DNA of 29,348 bases from Candidatus Heimdallarchaeota archaeon (GCA_021399395.1 JAAFKJ010000134.1:1-29348), one strand, 5' to 3'; shown: positions 18,651 to 28,040, counted from the stretch's first letter. Numbers and translations: made by a program. Notes: a model not told the origin generated them from the sequence alone.

Positions 18651-20120
18651 AAAACAAAAATGAAAAAAAAGAAATTCACTATGAGTTTAAGTATTCTCAT
18701 TATATTATTTTTATTGAACAGTAATTTTAGCTTGTTTAATGCAAAAGCATTTGCAAATAGAAATACAAATCAACTCAACGCATATACACTTGATGAATCT
18801 ATTTGGATGTGGACAATTACTGAGGTGGTTTCTACAGAAAGTACAGAAATATCCTATCAACCTGCTATTGCAGCTGATTCTTATGGTGATGTGCATATAG
18901 TTTGGAGAGATTACACTGATTATCTTAGTTCTGGAACTGATATCGACATTTTCTACAAAAGATGGGATGCTTCTACATCTTTATGGACTGCAACAGAGAT
19001 AGTTTCTACAATAAGCTCGAATAACTCAGAATATCCTGCAATTGCAGTGGATGCTGAAGGAAATGCACACATAGCATGGAGTGAAGAAAATGAGTATGAT
19101 GAAAGTGGTGCAGATTTTGATATTTTCTATAGGTTTTGGAATACTACAACTTCTAGTTGGAATACTACAGAAGTTATTTCAACTGAAAGCACAAGTACTT
19201 CTCGAGATCCTTCTATAATAGTGGATTCTAAAAAGAATGTCCATATTGCATGGATGGATTATACTAATTATGCAGGATCTGGATCAGGTCCTCCTGATAT
19301 CTTCTACAAATTTTGGAATGCTTCTTTATCCACATGGACAATAACAGAAGTAATCTCAGCTAACAGTACATTTTGGGCGGATTATCCTTCGATTGATGTG
19401 GATTCGGAAGGAAATGTCTATTTAGCGTGGCATGATTACACTGATATTCTTGATAGTGGAGGAGACTCTGATATCTTTTATAATTATAGGAATGTTTCTA
19501 TTTCTTCATGGAATAGCACAGAACTCGTTTCTACTGGAAGCACAGCTGGTTCAGGGATTCCATCATTAGCTGTAGATACAACAGGGAATGTGCATATAGC
19601 GTGGGAAGATAGTACTGCTAATCTTCTTGGGAGTGGAGCTGATATCGATGTTTTCTATAGATGTTGGAATGCTTCTACTAATTCATGGTCCACTTTAGAG
19701 GTGGTAACAACAGAATCTGATGATCTTTCTGTAGATGCTTCTATTGCTGTAGATTCTATTGGTAATGTACATGTTACTTGGAAGCAGTGGTATGGGATTT
19801 TTTATAAGTTCTGGGATTCTTACTCTTCTACTTGGACTTCAGTAGAAATGATTTCAACTGAAAGTACTATGGATGTACAGAATCCTTCTCTTGCCGTAGA
19901 TACCACAAGAAATGTACATATTGTTTGGGCAGATAATACAGATTATGATTCTTCTGGTTCGGATCGTGATATCTTTTACAAAAAAACAGAAGAACCTCCG
20001 GTATTTCCTGAAATGGTATTTAATCTACCTTTCTCTAACAGAGCTATCATTTTTACAGTGATGATTTTTTGCATTTCTATTTCACTCTTTATAGTTAGAA
20101 AACGCTACAAAAAAAACTAA
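18645..20120 (+). CDS. Membrane-anchored surface protein with seven repeats (probable beta-propeller); paralog of 15649..17388 without the Ig-like domain
   Basis: Signal peptide, seven repeats of the same consensus, PPVFPEM, TM AIIFTVMIFCISISLFIV and tail RKRYKKN. Confidence 0.85.
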   Translation: MMKTKMKKKKFTMSLSILIILFLLNSNFSLFNAKAFANRNTNQLNAYTLDESIWMWTITEVVSTESTEISYQPAIAADSYGDVHIVWRDYTDYLSSGTDIDIFYKRWDASTSLWTATEIVSTISSNNSEYPAIAVDAEGNAHIAWSEENEYDESGADFDIFYRFWNTTTSSWNTTEVISTESTSTSRDPSIIVDSKKNVHIAWMDYTNYAGSGSGPPDIFYKFWNASLSTWTITEVISANSTFWADYPSIDVDSEGNVYLAWHDYTDILDSGGDSDIFYNYRNVSISSWNSTELVSTGSTAGSGIPSLAVDTTGNVHIAWEDSTANLLGSGADIDVFYRCWNASTNSWSTLEVVTTESDDLSVDASIAVDSIGNVHVTWKQWYGIFYKFWDSYSSTWTSVEMISTESTMDVQNPSLAVDTTRNVHIVWADNTDYDSSGSDRDIFYKKTEEPPVFPEMVFNLPFSNRAIIFTVMIFCISISLFIVRKRYKKN

Positions 20121-20123
20121 ACA

Positions 20124-20160
20124 GGATTAGTTAAGTAGTTCTTTCTTTTTTTTTGTTTTT
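20124..20160 (+). terminator. Hairpin GGATTA-GTTAAG-TAGTTC (two G-U pairs) with long T-tract
   Basis: Degenerate member of the GAACTAG hairpin family directly after the stop, followed by TTTCTTTTTTTTTGTTTTT. Confidence 0.55.
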
Positions 20161-20262
20161 CTAGAAAATGCTTTTATTCCTTGTGCTTAATGTGAACAAC
20201 TTGAAAAATTTCGTTCATACTTGAACGATTTGTAAATTTGATGAAAGGTTGATATTATGAAA
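20158..20262 (+). repeat. About 100-bp duplicated promoter/leader, copy 2
   Basis: TTTCTAGAAAATGCTTTTATT...GCTTAATGTGAACAACTTGAAAAATTTC...CTTGAACGA...GGTTGATATTATG. Confidence 0.8.
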
Positions 20263-20304
20263 AATAGTAAAAATAAATTAAAATGAACTAGTCAATACTT
20301 GTTC
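20257..20304 (+). pseudogene. Empty gene unit: family-like start (MKNSKNKLK*) joined directly to the family-like end AAC-TAG and hairpin
   Basis: ATG 20257 sits at the same place in the leader as in the intact paralog. GAACTAGT-CAAT-ACTTGTTC at 20285-20304 is followed by a pyrimidine tract. Confidence 0.6.
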
Positions 20305-20420
20305 CTTTCCCTTTTCTTCTTGATAGATTAGAAAAATTAATATTATACTATTGATGCGAAAAAGATTATATTAATGCGAATGTTTGAATTAACTAAGAGT
20401 ATTAAATATGTTTGGAGTAG

Positions 20421-21290
20421 ATGGTAATGATTCCGAGAAATCTATTTGGACGAACAGGACACAAAAGTTCGCGTATAATTTTTGGAGCCTATGCTTTAAG
20501 TAAAGCCAATCAAGAGGAAGCAAACTCTGTTCTAAAACTCTTATTGAAGGCTGGTATTAACCATATAGACACAGCAGCAATCTATGGAGATGCTGAAAAA
20601 CGAATTGGACCTTGGATGGAGAACCATCGTAGTGATTTTTTTCTAGCTACAAAAACTCGAAGTCGTTCGTACAGTGGAGCTTGGAAAGATTTAGAACTGT
20701 CTTTAAGTAGATTGAATGTAGATTATATTGATCTCTGGCAGATGCATGCATTAACCAATCCTCAAGGATGGGAAAAGGCTATGGGGCCAGAAGGTACTTT
20801 GGAAGCGTTTGTAGAGGCTCGAGATAAGGGTCTGGTGAAATATTTAGGAGTAACTGGTCATGGTAGTAAAGTACCTGTAGTACACCTGCGAAGTTTAGAA
20901 CGATTCGATTTTGATTCTGTTTTACTCCCTCATAATTATCTACAGCTACAGAATCCTCGTTATGAAAAGAACTTCAAAGAATTGAATGAATTATGTCTTA
21001 AGAGAAATGTTGCTTTGCAAACTATTAAATCTGTAGCTCGAAGACCATGGGAAGACCGACCTAAGAAATATAATACTTATTTCTATGAACCATTAGATGA
21101 TCAAGAATCTATCAACAAAGCTGTTCACTGGTCATTAGGATTAGAGAGTAGCTTTCTGATAACAGCTGGAGATATGGATATTTTACCTAAAATTATCAAA
21201 GCTGCAGAATTATTCAAGGAAAGACCATCTGAAGAAGATATGAAAACTCTAGTAGAGAATAATGATATCCAGCTGATTTTCTCATATTAA
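20421..21290 (+). CDS. Aldo/keto reductase
   Basis: FGRTG, GINHIDTAAIYG (Asp/Tyr), FLATK (Lys), DYIDLWQMH (His), GLVKYLGVTGH. Confidence 0.92.
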   Translation: MVMIPRNLFGRTGHKSSRIIFGAYALSKANQEEANSVLKLLLKAGINHIDTAAIYGDAEKRIGPWMENHRSDFFLATKTRSRSYSGAWKDLELSLSRLNVDYIDLWQMHALTNPQGWEKAMGPEGTLEAFVEARDKGLVKYLGVTGHGSKVPVVHLRSLERFDFDSVLLPHNYLQLQNPRYEKNFKELNELCLKRNVALQTIKSVARRPWEDRPKKYNTYFYEPLDDQESINKAVHWSLGLESSFLITAGDMDILPKIIKAAELFKERPSEEDMKTLVENNDIQLIFSY

Positions 21291-21371
21291 TTTGCCTTTC
21301 CTCTTCATCCTTATTACAACCATAATAAACTGAGTATAAAAGAAAAAGGAGAAAAAATAAAACTATAAGTT

Positions 21372-23177
21372 TTACTTCTTCCTTTTGATTATATAACTAA
21401 TTGAAATAATTGAGATAATACTCAAACTAACTAACAAAATACTCGTTTGCTGATATTCAGGTATCACAGCAATTACTGTAACGATTATGGTGCTAGCAAT
21501 GGAATTACCTGCGATATCAAAGAAAACAGTTGTATAGTTATGTACTCCTGCATCTAATCCATCAACATTCAAATTAATTATGTCAAAGCTTCTCCAAACT
21601 GCAGTTCTAAAAATTGAACCATTGAGCATCTGTTGGTAAAACCTTGGATATTGTTCAGATGCTTGCCAATAAATAGTGTTCCCTGTTTCACCTTCAGTAT
21701 AATCTAGGTCAACAGCTTTTACTACAATAACAGGACTAGTTGTATCAACTATTACATATGGGTCAACTGAGCCTGCAGAACCTTCTATAACATAATCTCC
21801 AGAACCAGAATAATCAGAATAATAATTACCAGTTAGAGTACTTTCATCAAACCATGTATTATTGAATCCTTCATCTAGAGCTTCAGAAATACCTCCAGGA
21901 TTGTTATTCAAGAAGAAATTATTGTGTATAGTGTTATTATTACATCCTGAATCAAAGTTTATGCCATAAAATCCAGAAGGACTGTTTTCAAAGATGTTGT
22001 ATGCGATTGTAGTTAAATCAAATGAATGAAACCTTAATCCTTGTCCTGAATTGCTTATTGTATTATTGTACACATTACCGACTGCATTGCTTTGATATCT
22101 GATACCATATTCTGAGTTATTTTCTATGGTGTTGTTGAAACAAGTAATATTGGGTGAATTAACTGCTATTACTCCAAAACTACTATCATGCAAGTAACAA
22201 TTGCGTATAATTGTATGCGCACTCGTACTGACATCAATTGCGCCATAAGGACTTACAAATCCCACCTCACAATCTTCAATAAGAGTGTTCCTACCTATTA
22301 CTCTGATTCCATATAAATAATTGTTGAGGCATGTATTGTTGAATAGATTTAATCCGTTAACTTCTACAGATATTATTGATGTAGCTGTATTCCCAATTAC
22401 TTGATCTCTTACGGTAACGTTATCCCCATCACCTATGATTATTTGGCCATAGATATTATCAGAAATTACTAAATCTTGAGGGTTAACAAAAAAGCCCAAT
22501 GGTTTTCCATTGACATAATTGTTTGTAACTACATGATTCTGGAACCAAGCACCATTTGTATAAATATTAAAACCTGTATCGATACAAGTGTTATTCTCAA
22601 TTATTGCAGATTGAGCATTTGCTAGATAGACTTGTTCACTACCAATGAAAGTGTTATTAATAATTTTCATTCCATCACTGAAGTAAATTCTAGCAGAATA
22701 CTGGCCACAATTTTGTATAGTATTATTGACAACTTCGAGATCATCCAGATTATTGATGTATATTCCGTGATTTGTATTTACGAGTGTATTGTTCTCAATT
22801 TGAACTTGACCCGCAACTGGACCTTCAATATTAATTGCATATTGTTCTGCATCAATGTAACAATCTTCAATGGTAAAATATGATGAAACACCTGAAATTT
22901 GAATCCCATAAGAGTTTGAGGTTTCTATTTTCAATTCTTCTATTTTGTACGGATCTCCATTTATGCCAGAACCTGAGAAACCTAGATTAGTGAAATCAAT
23001 TTCTTCATTTATCAATATTGGACCACTAATTGTGTAGTTCAAATCATCAATATTTCCACTTTCAAGGTCTGTTATTGCTTGAATCTGGAAACTAGCATTA
23101 AGGTTAAAACTTAGACTCAAAATTATACTCAAAGATATAAGAGTAAAAACTATATGTGTGCGTTTATTCATTAGCAT
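21372..23177 (-). CDS. Surface protein with right-handed parallel beta-helix (NosD/PbH1) repeats, Ig-like domain and PEF-CTERM-like anchor
   Basis: Signal peptide, GSGINGDPYKIE, many I-x-NN-T-I repeats, GNYYSDYSG, VIPEYQQ + TM + KRKK. Confidence 0.85.
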   Translation of the reverse strand: MLMNKRTHIVFTLISLSIILSLSFNLNASFQIQAITDLESGNIDDLNYTISGPILINEEIDFTNLGFSGSGINGDPYKIEELKIETSNSYGIQISGVSSYFTIEDCYIDAEQYAINIEGPVAGQVQIENNTLVNTNHGIYINNLDDLEVVNNTIQNCGQYSARIYFSDGMKIINNTFIGSEQVYLANAQSAIIENNTCIDTGFNIYTNGAWFQNHVVTNNYVNGKPLGFFVNPQDLVISDNIYGQIIIGDGDNVTVRDQVIGNTATSIISVEVNGLNLFNNTCLNNYLYGIRVIGRNTLIEDCEVGFVSPYGAIDVSTSAHTIIRNCYLHDSSFGVIAVNSPNITCFNNTIENNSEYGIRYQSNAVGNVYNNTISNSGQGLRFHSFDLTTIAYNIFENSPSGFYGINFDSGCNNNTIHNNFFLNNNPGGISEALDEGFNNTWFDESTLTGNYYSDYSGSGDYVIEGSAGSVDPYVIVDTTSPVIVVKAVDLDYTEGETGNTIYWQASEQYPRFYQQMLNGSIFRTAVWRSFDIINLNVDGLDAGVHNYTTVFFDIAGNSIASTIIVTVIAVIPEYQQTSILLVSLSIISIISISYIIKRKK

Positions 23178-23327
23178 CTCACTTTTGTTTATTGTATTAA
23201 TATTGAAAACATATCGATAAATGTAGTTTATAATTGTTTTGCATTATTTTTTCAAAGTTTGATGTTCTAATCTATTTGTCATCATGATACTGAAAATGAT
23301 ATATATTGGATTTGTATTTGAAGAACC

Positions 23328-24377
23328 ATGAAAACTGTTCAGCTAATTGAAATTAACCAAGATTTAGAGGACAGAGAAATACCAACCCCAATACCAATAT
23401 CGGATGAAGTGCTGATTAGAATCAGGGCTGCAGGTATATGTCATTCTGATGTACATTATCGTGATGGTGTCTCATCAGGTGTCTCATCAGGTGTCTCATC
23501 AGTTGGTTATCTTCCAATCGCTTTAGGACATGAGGTAGCAGGGGAGATAATAGAACTAGGTTCTGAAGTTACCGATTTCCAAATTGGAGATAGAGTTTGT
23601 CTCAATTATATGATTACCTGCGGTAAATGTAAATACTGTGTGCAGGGAACTGAACAATTCTGTGTTAAAGGTAAAATGATAGGTAAGGATATAGATGGAG
23701 GGTATGCTGAATATATCGCTGTACCAACTAGAGGTGTTTTCAAGTTGCCAGATTCAGTTTCTTATGAACATGCTGCAGTTATGATGTGCTCTTCCTCAAC
23801 CTCACTTCATGCTCTCAAAAAGACTAGATTCAGACCAGGAGAAACTATTGCAATATTTGGTTTAGGCGGATTGGGAATATCAGCATTACAGCTGGCCAAA
23901 GTTTTTGGTGCAGGAACAATTTATGCTGTTGATATTGATTCGAATAAACTTGAAGCTGCTAAAGAAATGGGTGCCATACCTATTAATGCTAAAACGAATG
24001 ATCCAGTTGAAAGAATTATGGAACACACTGAAGGAGACGGAGTAGATGTGGCTCTGGAACTTATAGGTCTTCCAGTAACAATGGATCAAGGAGTGAGATC
24101 ACTTGCAAGATTTGGACGTTTAGGGTTAGTTGGAATAACTGCTAATTCATTTGATGTCAACTCATACGAAACAATTTGTAGAGAAAAAGAGATTATAGGA
24201 GTGTCTGACCATCTATTGTCTGAATTACCTTTCCTACTAGATTTAGCTAAACTAGGAAAATTAGATTTGAGCAAAGTTGTAACAAAAACAGTTCCTCTTG
24301 AAGCTGAAGCTATTAACGAAATTCATCACCAACTTAAAGAGTATAAAGCAGATTTTAGAACTGTAATTGTTCCTTAA
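23328..24377 (+). CDS. Zn-dependent alcohol dehydrogenase (MDR family)
   Basis: GICHSD, GHEVAG, CGKCKYC...C structural Zn site, FGLGGLG Rossmann motif, AVDID. Confidence 0.93.
   Translation: MKTVQLIEINQDLEDREIPTPIPISDEVLIRIRAAGICHSDVHYRDGVSSGVSSGVSSVGYLPIALGHEVAGEIIELGSEVTDFQIGDRVCLNYMITCGKCKYCVQGTEQFCVKGKMIGKDIDGGYAEYIAVPTRGVFKLPDSVSYEHAAVMMCSSSTSLHALKKTRFRPGETIAIFGLGGLGISALQLAKVFGAGTIYAVDIDSNKLEAAKEMGAIPINAKTNDPVERIMEHTEGDGVDVALELIGLPVTMDQGVRSLARFGRLGLVGITANSFDVNSYETICREKEIIGVSDHLLSELPFLLDLAKLGKLDLSKVVTKTVPLEAEAINEIHHQLKEYKADFRTVIVP
23466..23501 (+). repeat. Perfect 12-bp tandem repeat (GGTGTCTCATCA)x3 encoding GVSS x3
   Basis: Read directly: copies start at 23466, 23478 and 23490. Confidence 0.95.
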
Positions 24378-24381
24378 TTGG

Positions 24382-25161
24382 TTACGTCTGAAACTTTGCT
24401 TTTATTTTTGTTTTAAAGTCAGTATCTTTAGTAAATCTATAGTGCATATACATTAAGAAACCACCAACAATGAAAGTTGGAACCAGAACAAAGAGCGACC
24501 ATGTTACAGTTACTTTCCCTTGAATTGTGCTCATTATGATTAAATCAAGACCAAGGTTTAGAATTCCAACTGCAAATAAGATAAAGGCGGCAATATTCAT
24601 ACCTTTGTTTTTCACCTTAATCGATGGTACAACAACTGCTACAGATAGTACTAAAACTAATGCAATTATAGGTAGAGCTAGTGTATGTATCCAGTCAAAC
24701 ATCCAATTGTCGAAGTAATCTACTAGGACTAAGAAACTGATTAGAGCAACTGCGATACCTACAATCATGATTACTGGTCTCTTGGTGAAAAGTAGAGGAA
24801 ATGTACATAGCATCCATGCTAACATAAGAGCTATCATTGGAAATCTTGCCCAGCTGATTGTTGCATTGATTATTAAATCTGTAAATGTAACGATTAGAAA
24901 AGGGGTCAACATTGAAGCAGTAATAACCTCCCATGCCTTGAAACGTTTTTCTTTTGGTGTTAACTTTCTTCTAGATGGATGTTCGATCTCCTTATCTGGA
25001 TATAGTTTACCATTTACTTGCTGATCAGTTCTATCAGGATACTTTCTTTTACTTGGTTTTTCAACAGTTTCATCAGGAAACTGTTGAATTGGTAGAGAGC
25101 ATAAGGGACATTCTTTAACATCGTCGTCCACTTCAACTCCACATTTGCTACAATAGGGCAT
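24382..25161 (-). CDS. Membrane protein with N-terminal zinc ribbon and about 6 TM helices (DUF6320-like)
   Basis: MPYCSKCGV...CPLC followed by six hydrophobic segments. ATG 25161 is likelier than GTG 25170; the gene is adjacent to the acyltransferase. Confidence 0.75.
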   Translation of the reverse strand: MPYCSKCGVEVDDDVKECPLCSLPIQQFPDETVEKPSKRKYPDRTDQQVNGKLYPDKEIEHPSRRKLTPKEKRFKAWEVITASMLTPFLIVTFTDLIINATISWARFPMIALMLAWMLCTFPLLFTKRPVIMIVGIAVALISFLVLVDYFDNWMFDWIHTLALPIIALVLVLSVAVVVPSIKVKNKGMNIAAFILFAVGILNLGLDLIIMSTIQGKVTVTWSLFVLVPTFIVGGFLMYMHYRFTKDTDFKTKIKAKFQT

Positions 25162-25172
25162 GTTTTTCACTT

Positions 25173-26504
25173 CTAGTTGGTTTCAATTTTCACAGAAATA
25201 CCGAGTTTTTTAAGTTTTCGAAAGAAATTTCTTTCAACAATAGGATCAGCAATTACTCTGCCAAAGTTGAGATATAGTTTATCCTTAAAACTTACCATTG
25301 CACAGCTAGCTTTGTTTGAAGGACTGGGTGCAGGTAAGAATTCAAATGATTCAACTTCATTACTAAATGCTTCTGGTAGTACTACTCTTCCCAGATTTGT
25401 TATTGTACCTGAATAGAGTTTTTCACCCATTCGAGAATATAGTACTATCCCTCCAACTCTTTTGATGAATAGGGGTGTGCCCCTCATTAAAGGATGGAGT
25501 TCTCCCCTAACATTTCTACTTATCTGTTGACTGATATATCTATCATTGACTTCGACTCTCATGTAATGATGAACTGTCTCCAATATCTCATCAAAGGAGA
25601 AGTGCCCCAATCGCGGGTCAATTCCTGGAGTGACAAATAAGCTGAAGTTTCGCATAGTCTTAGTTGGAAAGAAACGTCTAAGGTTGACAGGTATCATTAT
25701 TCTAATAGGCTTAGCTAATTTTTTCTGCATTTTTTCAGGAAGATCGTAGAAGATTTTCTGTAAGGAATCGATGTATACTGCGCTTAGAAATTCAGTTAAA
25801 GTGACATTGAGTTCTTTTGACTTAGCTAGAATCTCTTTGATATCTATAATCCCCGTTGTCATGTGAAAGATACCTGTCTTTTCCAACTTATGTGGGATTT
25901 GAAAGGCTACTTCTAATAACTTGGGTTTTGGGTACATAGGATTATAGAACCTTTTGAAAGCATCTTCGTATTCTTCATCGTGAGGTTGCTGACCAAAATG
26001 GTAGACCTCTCCCCAATCATCTGTTTTAATACCTTTTTGAGTCAAATATTCTGCAACAAGTGCTTTTAGAAAAGTTATCGCTCCTGTTCCATCAGTTAAA
26101 GCATGATAAAACTCTACAGCTATTCTATTCTGGAAAGCTCTGACTCTAAATGGAAAAATACCTTTTTTTCTCATGGGCATTTCTTGACTTGTATATTTTG
26201 AATCAGCCATAACTTTAGGTTTACCTAAATTTGTTTCCCAGTAAAACCAGAAAAATCCGGGTCTCTGATTAACTCTATAATAAGGGAATCGTCCAATGAT
26301 CCTATCAAGGGCTCTTTGAAGAACATTAACATTGATTGGTTCTTTTAAAGTTGCAGCCATACGAAAAAGACATGTTATACGTTCATTACAAACAAAACTA
26401 AAGAGAACAGCTGCATTATCCATACGATAAGAACGAATTTTGTTCTTCTCTTCCTGAGTTAAAGCAGCGGGATGCTCAATAGATTTTGTTTTAATGTTAT
26501 TCAA
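25173..26504 (-). CDS. Alcohol acetyltransferase-like CoA-dependent acyltransferase (CAT/condensation fold)
   Basis: HxxxDG motif (FYHALTDGTG), DNAA, GFFWFY, IPVNLRRFFPTKTMRNFS, TNLG. Confidence 0.8.
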   Translation of the reverse strand: MNNIKTKSIEHPAALTQEEKNKIRSYRMDNAAVLFSFVCNERITCLFRMAATLKEPINVNVLQRALDRIIGRFPYYRVNQRPGFFWFYWETNLGKPKVMADSKYTSQEMPMRKKGIFPFRVRAFQNRIAVEFYHALTDGTGAITFLKALVAEYLTQKGIKTDDWGEVYHFGQQPHDEEYEDAFKRFYNPMYPKPKLLEVAFQIPHKLEKTGIFHMTTGIIDIKEILAKSKELNVTLTEFLSAVYIDSLQKIFYDLPEKMQKKLAKPIRIMIPVNLRRFFPTKTMRNFSLFVTPGIDPRLGHFSFDEILETVHHYMRVEVNDRYISQQISRNVRGELHPLMRGTPLFIKRVGGIVLYSRMGEKLYSGTITNLGRVVLPEAFSNEVESFEFLPAPSPSNKASCAMVSFKDKLYLNFGRVIADPIVERNFFRKLKKLGISVKIETN

Positions 26505-26588
26505 AACCTAACTTCCTAATTTAATTCCTTATTAGATAACTTCTAGTTAGGTTGAATAAAAAACTACTCATTTAAGGAATATCGAGCA

Positions 26589-27905
26589 CTACTTTCTTGG
26601 AATAAATTGACCTTCCTTTTTACCAACAAGTTCTCTATTTTCAACAAGTAAGTTTCCTCTCAAAATGGTAGATTCGACTAAACCTTTTATTATCATTCCT
26701 TCATAAGGACTATAGTCAGATTGAGAATGACCCGAATCTATTTTAAATTCCTTTTCAGGATTAAAAATAACAAGATCAGCATCTGAACCCTCTTGAATAA
26801 TTCCCTTTTTGGGGAAGAGATTATGGATAACAGCTGGATTAATAGTATATTTTGGAATTATCTGTTCTCCAAATAGGTTGTACATTAGGGAAAAGCTATA
26901 TTCAAGCCCTCCAAGACCTTTAGGAACTTTACTTGCAGCAATATAACGCTGTTTTTCCTCTCTTCTAAAAGGTGCATGGTCTGTCCCGACAGTGTTTATA
27001 ATAGCTATATTTTTCCTTAATTTTTCTTGCTCATCTGTTGAACGGAGAGGTGGAGCTAGAAGGAATAAGTTTCCATTATCTGTTTCATAAACATCTTTGC
27101 TGAGATTGAAATATTGGGGACAACTTTCAACAAAGATATTATTTTGCAAAAGATCAGGATATTTCTCTTTGAGTAGTTCGATAGATGAACCACAAGTAAC
27201 ATGAACAATGTAAATTCTACCTTTGAGTTCTGAAACAATTTCAGCTAATTTATCGATTTCTTCTATTTCTGCATTAGCAGGCCTTGAGCTTTCATATATA
27301 GCTATTTGGTCTTCTACGTTTGAATTTAGTATGATTTCATCATTTTCAGCATGGATAAGTATAAGACTGCCAGTTAAATTTGAATTTTCAATGAATTCCC
27401 TTATCTTCTCATAAGAGCATCTACGATTTGATTCAGAGTAAGTTGTGAATAGTTTGATAGATGGAATGCCATTTTCAAGTGACAGTTTTACTAATTTATC
27501 TACATCATCTTTGAAATTCCCGACTGTTGTATGAAAGCTATAATCGATGAAAGAAGTTTCTGCTTCTTTCTGTTTCTGTTGAAGTTTTTCATGAAACTCT
27601 TCTACCTTATTTATAGGTTCTAAGAAATCAATGAATGTTGTGATTCCACCAAAAGCAGCTGCTTTTGAAGCACTTTCATAATCATCACTTGTTTTAAATT
27701 CACCCAAATCTAGATTGATATGAACATGTGGATCTATAAATCCGGGCATAACTAGTTTTCCTGAGCAATCTACAGTTTTTTTGCAACTTAATTTCTTATC
27801 AGGAGAAACTATTTCTGCAATTTTCTCTTTCTTAACGTAAACATCTAAAGGAGTGAAATGTCCATTACGATATGTTTTTCCATTTATCAAACCAAGGTCA
27901 TACAT
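26589..27905 (-). CDS. Cyclic amidohydrolase (dihydropyrimidinase/hydantoinase/allantoinase-like)
   Basis: PGFIDPHVH, AAAFGGITT, SIKLF (candidate carboxy-Lys), HAEN, YIVHV, ESCPQY, PPLR, GTDHAPF, GSDADLVIF, SDYSPYEG. Confidence 0.88.
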   Translation of the reverse strand: MYDLGLINGKTYRNGHFTPLDVYVKKEKIAEIVSPDKKLSCKKTVDCSGKLVMPGFIDPHVHINLDLGEFKTSDDYESASKAAAFGGITTFIDFLEPINKVEEFHEKLQQKQKEAETSFIDYSFHTTVGNFKDDVDKLVKLSLENGIPSIKLFTTYSESNRRCSYEKIREFIENSNLTGSLILIHAENDEIILNSNVEDQIAIYESSRPANAEIEEIDKLAEIVSELKGRIYIVHVTCGSSIELLKEKYPDLLQNNIFVESCPQYFNLSKDVYETDNGNLFLLAPPLRSTDEQEKLRKNIAIINTVGTDHAPFRREEKQRYIAASKVPKGLGGLEYSFSLMYNLFGEQIIPKYTINPAVIHNLFPKKGIIQEGSDADLVIFNPEKEFKIDSGHSQSDYSPYEGMIIKGLVESTILRGNLLVENRELVGKKEGQFIPRK

Positions 27906-28040
27906 AGATTTGCCTTTCCTAACTAGAGCATAAGCTAATGAATAAATAAAAGTTATCCAAAACTTATCCGGGAGTTTTTTATTTTCAAGATAATCACTGG
28001 ACGTCTGAACTATTATATATTGGTCTTATGTGGCTAAAAA

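Noticed and set aside
18663-18670. A8 run near the start of a surface gene as a phase-variation tract
   Set aside because: Lys-codon A-runs are common in this AT-rich sequence and the frame is intact.
17382-20304. Stop-associated palindromes as integron attC sites
   Set aside because: They are only 18-20 bp, lack the RYYYAAC/GTTRRRY and L-box architecture, each unit has its own promoter, and no integrase is in the window.
26542-27927. 10-bp inverted repeat (TCTAGTTAGG / CCTAACTAGA) flanking the hydantoinase-like gene
   Set aside because: Too short, with no target-site duplication and no transposase or invertase; likely chance.
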